DNA of 64,000 bases from sequence record NZ_CP084508.1. One strand, given 5' to 3'. The notes under the pieces are model-generated. The model was given only the letters and a program-made list of their open reading frames with translations, searched no databases and had not been told where the DNA came from. The DNA is from a plasmid. Of the stretch, positions 41,373-50,429 are shown in pieces; position 1 is the first letter of the stretch, and every line of letters starts with the position of its first letter. A program made the position numbers and the translations under genes.

Positions 41373-41559
41373 GTGCCTCTAGCAAGGTTGCTATGGATAG
41401 CCGGTATAGCAGGGCGACATCCCTCTATATCGGCGCTTCTCAAATTTTTCAGAACAAAAGCTGTTCTAGATTCAATAATAAACCAATGATTAATTATTGT
41501 CACCTTATAAAGGTAGATAATTATTGCTTTGTTTTAGAATAAATAGATCATTATTCTAA

Positions 41560-41592
41560 TTAAAGATGGAGATGTATATCCCCATCTTTAAT
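41560..41592. terminator. Hairpin between traT and the regulator gene (terminator of the traM-traT unit, or part of a FinP-like antisense RNA)
   Basis: taaagatgg-agatgtatatcc-ccatcttta stem-loop 20 bp after the traT stop, followed by an AT-rich stretch. Confidence 0.35.
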
Positions 41593-41611
41593 TCAACATT
41601 AAATGGATATA

Positions 41612-42352
41612 TCAGAATATTCCTGCAATAGACTTAGCCAACTGAGCCTCTAAAACAGGACGTGCCTCATCAAATTTCAAATTAACTTTATTAGCACTTG
41701 AGACAATACGAGTTTGATATTTATATTGATCACCAAACGATATACTTGTCTGAACTTTGGCTCCTGACGTCCCCTGTCTTAAAGCTGCAACATTATCAGT
41801 ACGAACTTTATCTTTTGTGCGGGTCGCAACCTGAACATCGGTCACCATAGTGTAATTGACATCTTCAACCATAGCGTCTGCAGCCATCCCAATTAACCCG
41901 GCAGCTAAACCCACACCTAAAGTAGCACCGGCGGAGTTTGAATTATATGCGGTGATCCCTGCACCTAATGCCGCACCAGTAACAGCACCCTCATAGCCCT
42001 GATTCAGATACCCTTGCGCATCACGCAGATTCATTTTATCAGCTTTCAGAACGTTAGCTTGAATCCAGTAATGTGCTGTGTTGGCAGACGATGTAACTCG
42101 ATATCCTTTGGCCTCCATATCTCTTACAATCAAAGATTGCAATCCACTTAGATCTTTATCAGAGGTATTCTTCACCTGGATGAATACGGTTTTATCCCCC
42201 ATAGCCGCAGGATCTAACCAGATGGTCTGACTCATCTGTGTCTTCACTTCGAGATTACGTTTCTTAATGGCTGTTGACATCGCACCACAGCCAGACAGGA
42301 AAAACACAGAAAGGACAACTGCAACAGCTAAGGATTGAGTTTTTTTATACAT
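41612..42352 (-). CDS. traT: TraT surface-exclusion / complement-resistance outer-membrane lipoprotein
   Basis: Lipobox [28 protein letters not shown]...[12 protein letters not shown]...[38 protein letters not shown]...[15 protein letters not shown] is near-identical to F TraT along its length. Confidence 0.9.
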   Translation of the reverse strand: MYKKTQSLAVAVVLSVFFLSGCGAMSTAIKKRNLEVKTQMSQTIWLDPAAMGDKTVFIQVKNTSDKDLSGLQSLIVRDMEAKGYRVTSSANTAHYWIQANVLKADKMNLRDAQGYLNQGYEGAVTGAALGAGITAYNSNSAGATLGVGLAAGLIGMAADAMVEDVNYTMVTDVQVATRTKDKVRTDNVAALRQGTSGAKVQTSISFGDQYKYQTRIVSSANKVNLKFDEARPVLEAQLAKSIAGIF

Positions 42353-42408
42353 AAACACGATCTCTATATCTGAATCTAATACCAATACATGACATTTGTA
42401 CTACTTAA

Positions 42409-42795
42409 TCACTCATCATCATGCTCACTTGGAAAGAATTTTTCTATAATCTGGCGCACATCTTCAAGAATATCAGACTTCATATTACTATAGACAAACT
42501 TCTCCTTCCCTTGCACGTAAGGGCTTAATGACGCCATCCCCATCACTTTACATATCCCGAACTGTGTTTTAAGAACATTCTCCAACAGGATTTTATTAAA
42601 CTCCATTTGGTTAAACGCAGACTCTTTTCGTTCCATTTGGGCTTCATATACGCGCAACCCCAACTCTAACAGCATAGTAGATATGCTGGAAAAGCTAACA
42701 TCACGCTCTTTCGCCCCCTCTAATCGCCTTGCTTCTACAATCGCATTGATTTTATTAGTAACTTCATCACTTACATACGCCTGAATTTTTGCCAT
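42409..42795 (-). CDS. traM: TraM relaxosome accessory protein
   Basis: MAKIQAYVSDEVTNKINAIVEARRLEGAKERDVSFSS...LLELGLRVYEAQMERKESAFNQMEFNK matches F TraM (127 aa) closely. Confidence 0.9.
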   Translation of the reverse strand: MAKIQAYVSDEVTNKINAIVEARRLEGAKERDVSFSSISTMLLELGLRVYEAQMERKESAFNQMEFNKILLENVLKTQFGICKVMGMASLSPYVQGKEKFVYSNMKSDILEDVRQIIEKFFPSEHDDE

Positions 42796-43233
42796 AGTGA
42801 TAACCTATTTTAGTATCTATACAAAGACATATTTTTCGCCAACAAAAATGACGATTCATGAGCGATTCAATCCTAAAGTCGATTCTAGATTCACCATGCC
42901 AAAATTGCAATTCACTTGACGATTCACTATACGAATTGAATCTAGATTCGATTCGTCAGCAAACCCTTGCTACACCTGATTTGATTCATTTATGAATCGC
43001 TATAGATTCACCAACGAATCGCCAATGATTCATTAATGAATTGCTTTTTATTACATTTTATAAATTACACACTTTTTTCTACAGATAACACCCTGTATTT
43101 ACAGGAAAATCAGCAAAACTTTAGTTTTGCGTAGTGTGTGGTAAAAATGGTAGCAAGGAGCACATATTTAGTTGAGTAGAACATTGGCAGGGTTTACTCT
43201 ATTCAACGTGTCAGCTCATTTGAGAAAATCAAC
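42796..43233. other. oriT: oriT region: arrays of GATTCA/TGAATC repeats (TraM/TraY/IHF-type binding sites) and an F-like nic motif
   Basis: 42840-43075 holds more than 15 copies of gattca/tgaatc in direct and inverted orientation. 43126-43145 (tttgcgtagtgtgtggtaaa) resembles the F nic region TTTGCGTGGGGTGT^GGTGCTTT; the nick is predicted near 43139/43140. Lies between traM and the divergent gene X, as in F. Confidence 0.6.
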
Positions 43234-43707
43234 ATGAAGAAAACCGTCTTATTGGTATTCCTAGCACTCATATCCCCCCCCTCTTTAGCCAATGACTGCT
43301 TTGATCTCGCTGGACGTGACTACCGCATAGATCCTGACTTGTTACGCGCTATCGCCTGGAAAGAATCGAGGTTCAACCCCAGGGCGATTGGTCGTAGCCC
43401 TGATAAAAGTATTGATATTGGGCTTATGCAAATTAACTCTCAACATGCTGATACATTCCGGCCTTTAGGCATCAGCATGCAGCAACTGCATAATGACCCC
43501 TGCCTCAACATCTACACCGGCGCGTATGTCCTCGCTAAAGCCTTTAAAAAGTGGGGGGTGAACTGGAATGCTGTAGGTGCCTATAACGCTGGATTTAAAC
43601 AAACGCGTAAACAGGCCGAAAAACGATACCACTATGCTAAAGATATACATACTTATTACCTGGCCATTAAAAACAGCAAAAACCTCTTGGCCAAAAGCGA
43701 CAGATGA
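43234..43707 (+). CDS. Lytic transglycosylase (F orf169 / gene X / R1 P19 family)
   Basis: Signal peptide, catalytic AWKESRFNPRAIG...IGLMQIN SLT motif, and the YNAG motif. First gene of the leading region next to oriT. Confidence 0.85.
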   Translation: MKKTVLLVFLALISPPSLANDCFDLAGRDYRIDPDLLRAIAWKESRFNPRAIGRSPDKSIDIGLMQINSQHADTFRPLGISMQQLHNDPCLNIYTGAYVLAKAFKKWGVNWNAVGAYNAGFKQTRKQAEKRYHYAKDIHTYYLAIKNSKNLLAKSDR

Positions 43708-43871
43708 TAAAATGCAGCAACATCTGCTGGTCGAAGTTGAATTGACTCACTCACCAGAAACACGGCATCGCCCTTCTTAGCTCATTATCTTCTTCAGACT
43801 AGCTCACTGTCAGTCTGCAGATCATTTTATGATCGTGCACGATAAGTTTAGACAAAGAGAAACGCGTGAAC

Positions 43872-43991
43872 TTATCCACATATCCATAGGTAACAACGCC
43901 AGTGCTGTTTTTCCCCCGACCAGGGGAAAAACAAACGAGAGGCGGATTGATTCGGTAACGAATCAATGGCACCTGTGGAGATGTGGATAAG
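43872..43991. repeat. Inverted pair of perfect DnaA boxes (TTATCCACA) flanking a GC-rich hairpin core
   Basis: TTATCCACA at 43872-43880 and its reverse complement TGTGGATAA at 43983-43991, embedded in ~16-bp imperfect inverted repeats. The core holds the perfect palindrome ttgattcggtaacgaatcaa. Confidence 0.4.
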
Positions 43992-44169
43992 TTTGGAGTC
44001 ATTAGGGCGCCCCCTTTGGGGGCAGATGGGCGGATGCAAATTTATTTTGCATCCGGGTGGGCGGGGGAAATAAGCATTCACGCCTCGATGGTGTGAATGC
44101 TTATCAGGTCGCAAAAATCCGTTGCATCAAAATAAAAATAACATTAATCTAAATATTGAAACAGTAGTA

Positions 44170-44200
44170 ACCTCGCCCCGGATTTGATGGGCGTCAATCC
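44170..44200 (-). terminator. Rho-independent terminator downstream of ardC
   Basis: gccccggatt-tgatgggcgtca-atccggggc hairpin followed, on the minus strand, by a T/A-rich run, 12 bp after the ardC stop. Confidence 0.45.
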
Positions 44201-44211
44201 GGGGCAATATT

Positions 44212-45117
44212 TTATTGCGTTATATCTCTAAGATACTGATGTGCTTTTGATGCTGCACTTGCCGCTTTAAAGATAAAGCGCTTGTCGTTTTTTAACGCGG
44301 CCAACCAGGCGGCAATATAACTCTCATGTTGCACCTCTCCCGACACACCAAGATCAGCCATCAAGAACGCAGCACCTAACTCAGCGATCAACTCCTCATA
44401 AGCATAATCTTTCGACCCGAAGCCCCCTGTCATCTCTCGATTTAAGCGTGCTTTCCCTCCCGTCCAATGAATCAACTCATGTAACCCCGTCGCATAAAAG
44501 TTAGCTGCATCATTAAAACGATGCCGACTGGGTAAAACAATTTCGTCAGTTGATGGGCAAAAATAAGCAGCCGCACCATATTCACGAATACTCGCCCTCG
44601 TTGCTTTAAAAAAAAGCTCAACGTCATCGAACGGTTCAAAATTTTCTTTAGGTGTTTCCTGGGGCGCGATGGTTAAACCATCAACCTGTTCAATATTAAA
44701 GACAGTGAACGATTTCAACACGGGAAAGTTTTCAAGATCACCGTCTTGATTTTCCCTCTCCACCATGGAGTAGAAAAAGGCTGTTGTACCATGCTCACCT
44801 TTACGAACCTGTCCTCCCATTGCTTGCGCCTGCTTGTAGGTTAACCAACGCGTATCTGTATAACCGTTTTTTAATGCACTCCCCCACAGCAGCATAATAT
44901 TCATGCCACGGTATTGGCTGCCTGTCGTAAAATTAATAGGCAATCCTGAGACACCGCGCCTATCCCATGGACACACCCACGGCTTCACCCCCTTTTCAAG
45001 GGCGGCGATAATATTATCGGTGACACGTTGATAGAGGTCTTTTTTCTCACTGTTTCTTTTTTCCTGACATCTTTCAGTAGATTCAGAAGCGGCGGTGTTG
45101 ACGTTTTGTGTGTTCAT
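44212..45117 (-). CDS. ardC: ArdC-type antirestriction protein (N-terminal ssDNA-binding domain plus zincin-like metalloprotease domain)
   Basis: 301 aa with an N-terminal ArdC_N-like region (VTDNIIAALEKGVKPWVCPW) and a C-terminal HExxH (LHELIHWTG) metallopeptidase motif. Confidence 0.75.
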   Translation of the reverse strand: MNTQNVNTAASESTERCQEKRNSEKKDLYQRVTDNIIAALEKGVKPWVCPWDRRGVSGLPINFTTGSQYRGMNIMLLWGSALKNGYTDTRWLTYKQAQAMGGQVRKGEHGTTAFFYSMVERENQDGDLENFPVLKSFTVFNIEQVDGLTIAPQETPKENFEPFDDVELFFKATRASIREYGAAAYFCPSTDEIVLPSRHRFNDAANFYATGLHELIHWTGGKARLNREMTGGFGSKDYAYEELIAELGAAFLMADLGVSGEVQHESYIAAWLAALKNDKRFIFKAASAASKAHQYLRDITQ

Positions 45118-45593
45118 GCTGGGCTACTCCTTTGGATTATTTCAGTCATCTCTCAGTGAGTTCATCGCGGCAATGGGCGAAGGAGCGACGGCAGGCAGGG
45201 CATTGCAAGGGCGCCGTAGGCGTGCATTTCACCCTTGCAATGAACTGAATGACGGTGCTACGCCACGCCCACGCGAGAACACACTGAGTGATGACGTCAA
45301 CCCGACATGCACAGCATGAACACACTCGCCACGTCGAAACGACGTGGCGACCTTAGACGGTCGGCAGTTTTTCGCCGCGCGCCGTTTACGGCGCTGCAAG
45401 CGTGGGGTTTTCCAGCATCGGTTGGCACCCGCAGGGGCGGAGACACGCAAGCGTGGCTCCGTAAGACTTAGTCGGGCGGGTACAGCCCGGCTTAGTCGTT
45501 GCCAGGCGACAGCACGACCGCGTGCGGGCGAGCTGCCCTTGTGGTGCCCCAGGGGGGTAATGTTTTGCTGTTAAGCGGTAACAGGCACAGAGG

Positions 45594-45656
45594 CAGATAG
45601 AGCAGATAGAGCAGATAGAGCAGATAGAGCAGATAGAGCAGATAGAGCAGATAGAA
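45594..45656. repeat. 9-bp tandem repeat (cagatagag) x7
   Basis: Directly visible: six perfect units plus one variant (cagatagaa), non-coding, between psiA and ardC. Confidence 0.9.
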
Positions 45657-45785
45657 TAGCCATCAACACAAGATGGGACAAACGATACAGCCCCGACAGC
45701 AGCTAAATATCATCTGACAAGTCACGCGGATAGGAAAAAGCGGCGCGTCAGCGCCGCCTTGCCCTACGCACCAACGGTGCCGCGT

Positions 45786-46514
45786 TTATTTTGGGGCGTG
45801 CCTTTCCTCACCGTATATCAGTTTGTTCGGCACTATCCAGCGATCGATACCCTGGACAGTACGTGGTGCCGTTTTTGCCGTCTGAGCCATATCCTCCACC
45901 ACGCGCCACAGCGGCTCACCCGGCCAATTACGCCACGCTGACAATGAGGGGAAGCGGCGAGACCAACGCATCAACATACTCTCCAGCTCATACTCAGGCA
46001 CCCCACTGTCAGACCAGCGCGACAACCAGCTACTGACCGTCGCAGGCGTATGAAATGCCAGTGCTATCTCCGCCTGTGCGCCTAACGCCTGCAACGCCCG
46101 CTCATGCAATCTGGCTGCCTTACGACGCTGGCGGGTATATTTTTCGTCCTGCAGGTCATCCTGCCGGCGCTGGCGCTCCTGATGACTAAACGTTACTTCA
46201 GGGAACAGTGCCTGACCGGCATCCACCGGCAATGGTAACCAGCAACACGCGCCCCGGCTCTCAATCAACGTATCGATAGCCTGTAACCAGCGATCTTTCT
46301 GACCGCGTAACTCGCGCTCCGTCAGCACCGGCGCAAAGTACCGCAGTTCGCGCAGCGTGATACGGCGGACACCTCGGAGATGACGGAAAAACGCCTGTGC
46401 ATAGGGATATTTCCCCCGCCCCCGATATGCGCGGGACTCAACATCGGCAATGGCCTGCATGGCTGCCCGACGATCAGCCTGTAGCGGGACAAGCGCCTGA
46501 CTCGTCGCCATCAT
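45786..46514 (-). CDS. psiA: Plasmid SOS inhibition protein PsiA
   Basis: About 240 aa, directly downstream of psiB (overlapping stop/start). The N-terminus SQALVPL...AAM.A.A.V matches F PsiA. Confidence 0.75.
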   Translation of the reverse strand: MMATSQALVPLQADRRAAMQAIADVESRAYRGRGKYPYAQAFFRHLRGVRRITLRELRYFAPVLTERELRGQKDRWLQAIDTLIESRGACCWLPLPVDAGQALFPEVTFSHQERQRRQDDLQDEKYTRQRRKAARLHERALQALGAQAEIALAFHTPATVSSWLSRWSDSGVPEYELESMLMRWSRRFPSLSAWRNWPGEPLWRVVEDMAQTAKTAPRTVQGIDRWIVPNKLIYGEERHAPK

Positions 46515-46942
46515 AGCTCGCCCTCCATCGCCAACAAATCAATGATCGCATTGTGGGAATACCCCTCGGCATCGAGACGCACAATGAGGCCGAGTGTATG
46601 ATTGATAACCTCCGGGCTATAGGCCAGCAATGTGCGAACCACGGCAAAAGGGCGGCCACTGGCAGGGATAAACACCATCATCCAGACAGGGCTAACTTCC
46701 CCAGGGCTGCATACCGCGACATGAAACGCGCCATGAGTCGGGGTGAAACGGACTTGTACCGGGAAGAACCCGCCGAACTCACTGCGATACTCACCGCTCA
46801 TGCTCCACTGTGCTGGCGCGTTCAGGTCACGCATCACCGCATGAGTCAGCGCCCGTCGAAAATCCTCGCCGCTGGCGCGGTAATCTTCCCACTCTGACGG
46901 GATCATGGTTTTCAGGACATCGAGAGTAATAATATTACGCAT
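46511..46942 (-). CDS. psiB: Plasmid SOS inhibition protein PsiB
   Basis: HAVMR.L.AP..W.M.GEY.SEFGGFFPVQVRFTP.H..FH.A.CSPG.VS.VW is highly similar to F PsiB. Confidence 0.9.
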   Translation of the reverse strand: MRNIITLDVLKTMIPSEWEDYRASGEDFRRALTHAVMRDLNAPAQWSMSGEYRSEFGGFFPVQVRFTPTHGAFHVAVCSPGEVSPVWMMVFIPASGRPFAVVRTLLAYSPEVINHTLGLIVRLDAEGYSHNAIIDLLAMEGEL

Positions 46943-46986
46943 AGGTGCTCCTTATTGCCGCCCCGCTACCGGGGCGGCGCAGCAGA

Positions 46987-48951
46987 TCAGGCGGCATCAG
47001 CCGGGTGGATATCAACGTCAACGGCGGTGTCAGCCTTTTCCGGCGAGTGCATCCAACCGGGAACCCAGCGAGTCCCTGACAGCGCCTGTTCGGCGTGCTC
47101 AGCCGCATCGGACTTTTTCATTTTTTCCGCATCACGGGCAGCCCCTGACAGTCCCGCCTCGTTTAACAGGGCGATGATCGAGGGCTTGGGCATATGCATG
47201 AAAAAGTTATCCTTTGTCGGTTGCCACCAGTCGCGTAGATGAAAACCGATCGCCGACTCCAGCGGATCAAGGAGGCTGCGCGTGGTATGGCCATACTCAC
47301 GAGTCTGTACACCATCCACACTACAGGCCGTACAAAAACTCAGTAAGGCGAGTACGTCCTCGCCCGATAGCGAGAAGAACGACGTAACATCACGCTCCCA
47401 CCGTGGGGGTAAACGGCTGGCAAGACGTTCTTTCTCCTGCATCAGCGCCACAAATGCGGTACCGTCCTTTCCGCTGGGGGCGTCCTCCGTCAAACGGCTA
47501 TGGTGACAACTCAAGGAAACCTGAATTGCAGCGTTCCCCACGGTAAAGGCAAAAACACGACGGCACAGTGTCCACGCCAATACCGCAACCGCGCGCTCAG
47601 GCTGCTTCATCAATGCTGCTTGAACAGCCAGCGTTCTCTCCGATGACATTTTGGTAAGTAACGGAAGGCTAACCCCCTCGGCGACATCTGGAGCAGGGGG
47701 AAGAGAGACGAGATCACGGTCAGCATCAACGTCATTATCTCCCTCTTCTTTTAACTGCACTCCCCTCTGCACACAGAGTTGGCCATCAATCAGACTGACA
47801 ACGACACCAGAGGCCGCTTTTTGCTCCGGCGTCCACGCCCGGATTGCGGCGGCACTTTCGATATCCTCGATCAGCACCTGAATGGCCGCCTCGTCCTCAT
47901 ACGTTTCGGTGGCCACCTGTTTGGCATAGAGTTCATCCAGTTGCTGCTGTTCATCGGCGCTATACTGCCCCTCTGGCACGGGTAGCAACAGATACCGCTC
48001 ACGATCCTCGCCATAGTTTTTCAGCGGCATCTCGCGCGCCAGCGACCATGCCCACCCTTCATCCTGTTGAATAGCCTGTGCGGTTGCCGCCAGCTTTTCA
48101 TCGACCAAACGGTCGAGTAATCCCCGATCAGCCGTGCCGCTCCCCTCGATGGCGCTAAACAGATCTTCGCGCACCACCCCGCCCGCCGCTTCATATGCAT
48201 CTCGCCCGATAAGCACAAAACGGGGATCGCCAATGGAGATTTCGGTATCGATGATAGCCCGCTTTAACAAGTGTGCCGGGGCACGGCTGTATTCAGCTTT
48301 CACCTGCTGGTAAATCGCCACCTGACGCGCGGGATCACTCTCTAGACTCAGCGCCTGACACTGCTCCACGTCGATCGTGTTTTCGGCTAAGAGGGCGATA
48401 AGCTCCGGGGCAAGGTTGGCCAGTTTCAGCATGCGCTTGACGTGTAGCGAGCTATACCCCAGCTGGCCACCAATCTGCTCCGGGGTCTTCCCCTGCTCCG
48501 ATAGGGTACGAAACCCGATGATCTGTTCAGCAGGGTGCATCGCCACCCGCTGGCTGTTCTCGGCGACCGAGGCCACTGCCGCCAGTTCATCCGAGACCCG
48601 CTTAACCGCGACCCGGTAATCGGCATCGATACGCTGTTCAGCACACAACAGTTGCAGGGCGGTCAGGCGACGGCCTCCGGCAGCCACGCCCAACAGACCA
48701 TCGGGCAACGCGTGAACCACCAGATTTTGCAACAGCCCGATGGCGGCGATGGTGTCGGCCAGCTCACGTACACTCTCCACCGGATACGGGATGGTACGGA
48801 CGTTCAGCGGGGATTTGACCAGTGCCGACAGCGGCACCATTTCAATCTGCGCTGCCTCAAGGGCGGCTTTCAGGGCGGCAGCGTCGGCAGACTTGACGCT
48901 TTTTTTGCTGGCTCTGGCAGGGGATTTTGCTTTAGACTCGGTTACTGACAT
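46987..48951 (-). CDS. ParB-like nuclease-domain protein of the leading region
   Basis: The N-terminal ParB/Sulfiredoxin-type domain (VPLSALVKSPLNVR...GLLQNLVVHALPDG...GGRRLTALQL) is followed by an HTH-like segment and a long acidic C-terminal region. Start is chosen at the ATG at 48949-48951 with a GAGGAG RBS; the ORF is open to 49029. Confidence 0.65.
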   Translation of the reverse strand: MSVTESKAKSPARASKKSVKSADAAALKAALEAAQIEMVPLSALVKSPLNVRTIPYPVESVRELADTIAAIGLLQNLVVHALPDGLLGVAAGGRRLTALQLLCAEQRIDADYRVAVKRVSDELAAVASVAENSQRVAMHPAEQIIGFRTLSEQGKTPEQIGGQLGYSSLHVKRMLKLANLAPELIALLAENTIDVEQCQALSLESDPARQVAIYQQVKAEYSRAPAHLLKRAIIDTEISIGDPRFVLIGRDAYEAAGGVVREDLFSAIEGSGTADRGLLDRLVDEKLAATAQAIQQDEGWAWSLAREMPLKNYGEDRERYLLLPVPEGQYSADEQQQLDELYAKQVATETYEDEAAIQVLIEDIESAAAIRAWTPEQKAASGVVVSLIDGQLCVQRGVQLKEEGDNDVDADRDLVSLPPAPDVAEGVSLPLLTKMSSERTLAVQAALMKQPERAVAVLAWTLCRRVFAFTVGNAAIQVSLSCHHSRLTEDAPSGKDGTAFVALMQEKERLASRLPPRWERDVTSFFSLSGEDVLALLSFCTACSVDGVQTREYGHTTRSLLDPLESAIGFHLRDWWQPTKDNFFMHMPKPSIIALLNEAGLSGAARDAEKMKKSDAAEHAEQALSGTRWVPGWMHSPEKADTAVDVDIHPADAA

Positions 48952-49057
48952 GATTAAACTCCTCAGTTTTATGATTGTCCGCCGGACAGCCCACCTGTCC
49001 GGCACCTCTGCTAACTTACCCAGCCCCACAACTCGCGGGGTGTATTCATCAGGTCAT

Positions 49058-49603
49058 TCAGAACGGAATGTCATCTATCGGCGGATAATCCTGCTGTGAC
49101 GGCTGCGGCGCTTGCTGAGAGGGCGCAGCGCTCTGACGGCCTTTTTTACCCCCCTTTGCTTTCGTGGACTTTGTCGGGGCATCAACGGGTTGTGCCGGGG
49201 TTTGCTGTTGTGTGGACTGCTGCGAAGCCGTGCTTTGTGACTGGCCACCGTCACGACGACCGCCCAGCATCTGCATGGTTCCGCTCTGACTCACCACGAT
49301 CTCGGTAACATAGCGAGTCACGTTGCTATCATCCTGCCAGCTACGAGTACGCAACTGGCCCTCGATATAGATCTGCGCCCCTTTTTGTAAATATTCCCCA
49401 GCAATCTCCGCGAGATTGCCGAACACCACCACACGGTGCCATTCTGTTTTTTCACGCGTCTCTCCGGTCTGCTTGTCGCGCCACGTATCCGAAGTGGCCA
49501 GCGAGAGATTGGCGACTGCGCCCCCATTGGGCATATAGCGGATTTCGGGATCTTGTCCCAGATAGCCGACGAGGATGACTTTGTTGATGCCACGTACTGT
49601 CAT
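49058..49603 (-). CDS. ssb: Plasmid single-stranded DNA-binding protein SSB
   Basis: [84 protein letters not shown]...DIPF: an OB-fold with the acidic DIPF tail. Confidence 0.95.
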   Translation of the reverse strand: MTVRGINKVILVGYLGQDPEIRYMPNGGAVANLSLATSDTWRDKQTGETREKTEWHRVVVFGNLAEIAGEYLQKGAQIYIEGQLRTRSWQDDSNVTRYVTEIVVSQSGTMQMLGGRRDGGQSQSTASQQSTQQQTPAQPVDAPTKSTKAKGGKKGRQSAAPSQQAPQPSQQDYPPIDDIPF

Positions 49604-49636
49604 GATGAATCCCCTTCTGTTTGTTTTGCCTTTAAA

Positions 49637-50400
49637 AACCATCACCCGTTGAGTTACGAGAGCCGCGGTTTTGACGTTTTGCGGGAGCCTGCTGTTTTGT
49701 TCCCGGTGGTATGACCTTCACCCGTTTGAGAACCTTCGCCGCAAGGGCGTAAACGAGCACGGCCCGGCGCCGCTGTCCGGGGTGAGCGGTCAATTTTTTA
49801 CGGTCTAATGGAGCAACGCGGAATGGCCGGAGAAAATTTATCGCGAAAGGCGCTGCCGTCCCTGGACTGCAAGGCGGGTTGTGCTTGTCTCAGCCCAGGC
49901 GAAAGGGACTTAAACGGTGAAATGGCACCCGGAATGATAATGAGCAGGAGCCCGCCGCAACGACGGAGCGCGGCACGCGAAACGGCGTTGCCCCGAAGAA
50001 GCCCGGCAGGTTCACCGCCGGGCTGGTGAAAGCGGCGCGACCGAACAGGTCGCAGCAAGCGAGGTGTTGACGTTGCGACATGGGATGGAAACCCGCTGCC
50101 CCGCAGGGGCCGGGCAGAGACAGCGTAGCTGGCTCTGTGCGCAGCATGACAGCCCGGTTCCCGCAGGGAAGTCGCCCGGTGTTAATGGCGTTACAAAAGG
50201 AATTCGACTGAGAAGAATAAGCGCCGTAACCATAGTGGCCATAACCCGACGCAAAGAAACCGACGTAGCCAGCTCACCACCGATACAACGACACATTGCC
50301 AGCCCAGGAAACGGACGCGAACGGAGGGGAGCGGCGCGTAGCGCAGCACCCTCCGGCGCCGCAGGCGCGCGGCTTTTTGTGGCGCGGCCAGACAGAAACA
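49637..50400. repeat. GC-rich structured ssDNA-promoter (Frpo/ssi-type) element, copy A, immediately upstream of ssb
   Basis: A ~760-bp non-coding GC-rich segment, ~90% identical over most of its length to 52871-53565. It contains TTGACG -35-like hexamers (gaggtgttgacgttgcgacatgggatgg) inside long imperfect hairpins. Confidence 0.55.
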
Positions 50401-50429
50401 CCTGTGCTCCTGCCTGGCCCCTATGCCTA

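Noticed and set aside
45594-45656. Possible CRISPR array (regular repeats)
   Set aside because: Units are 9 bp with no spacers, so this is a simple minisatellite. No cas genes are nearby.
45118-45785. hok/sok (flm)-type toxin-antitoxin, expected near psiA in F
   Set aside because: Searched both strands for a ~50-aa hydrophobic peptide with the LCE(L/I) motif and found none. The region appears non-coding.
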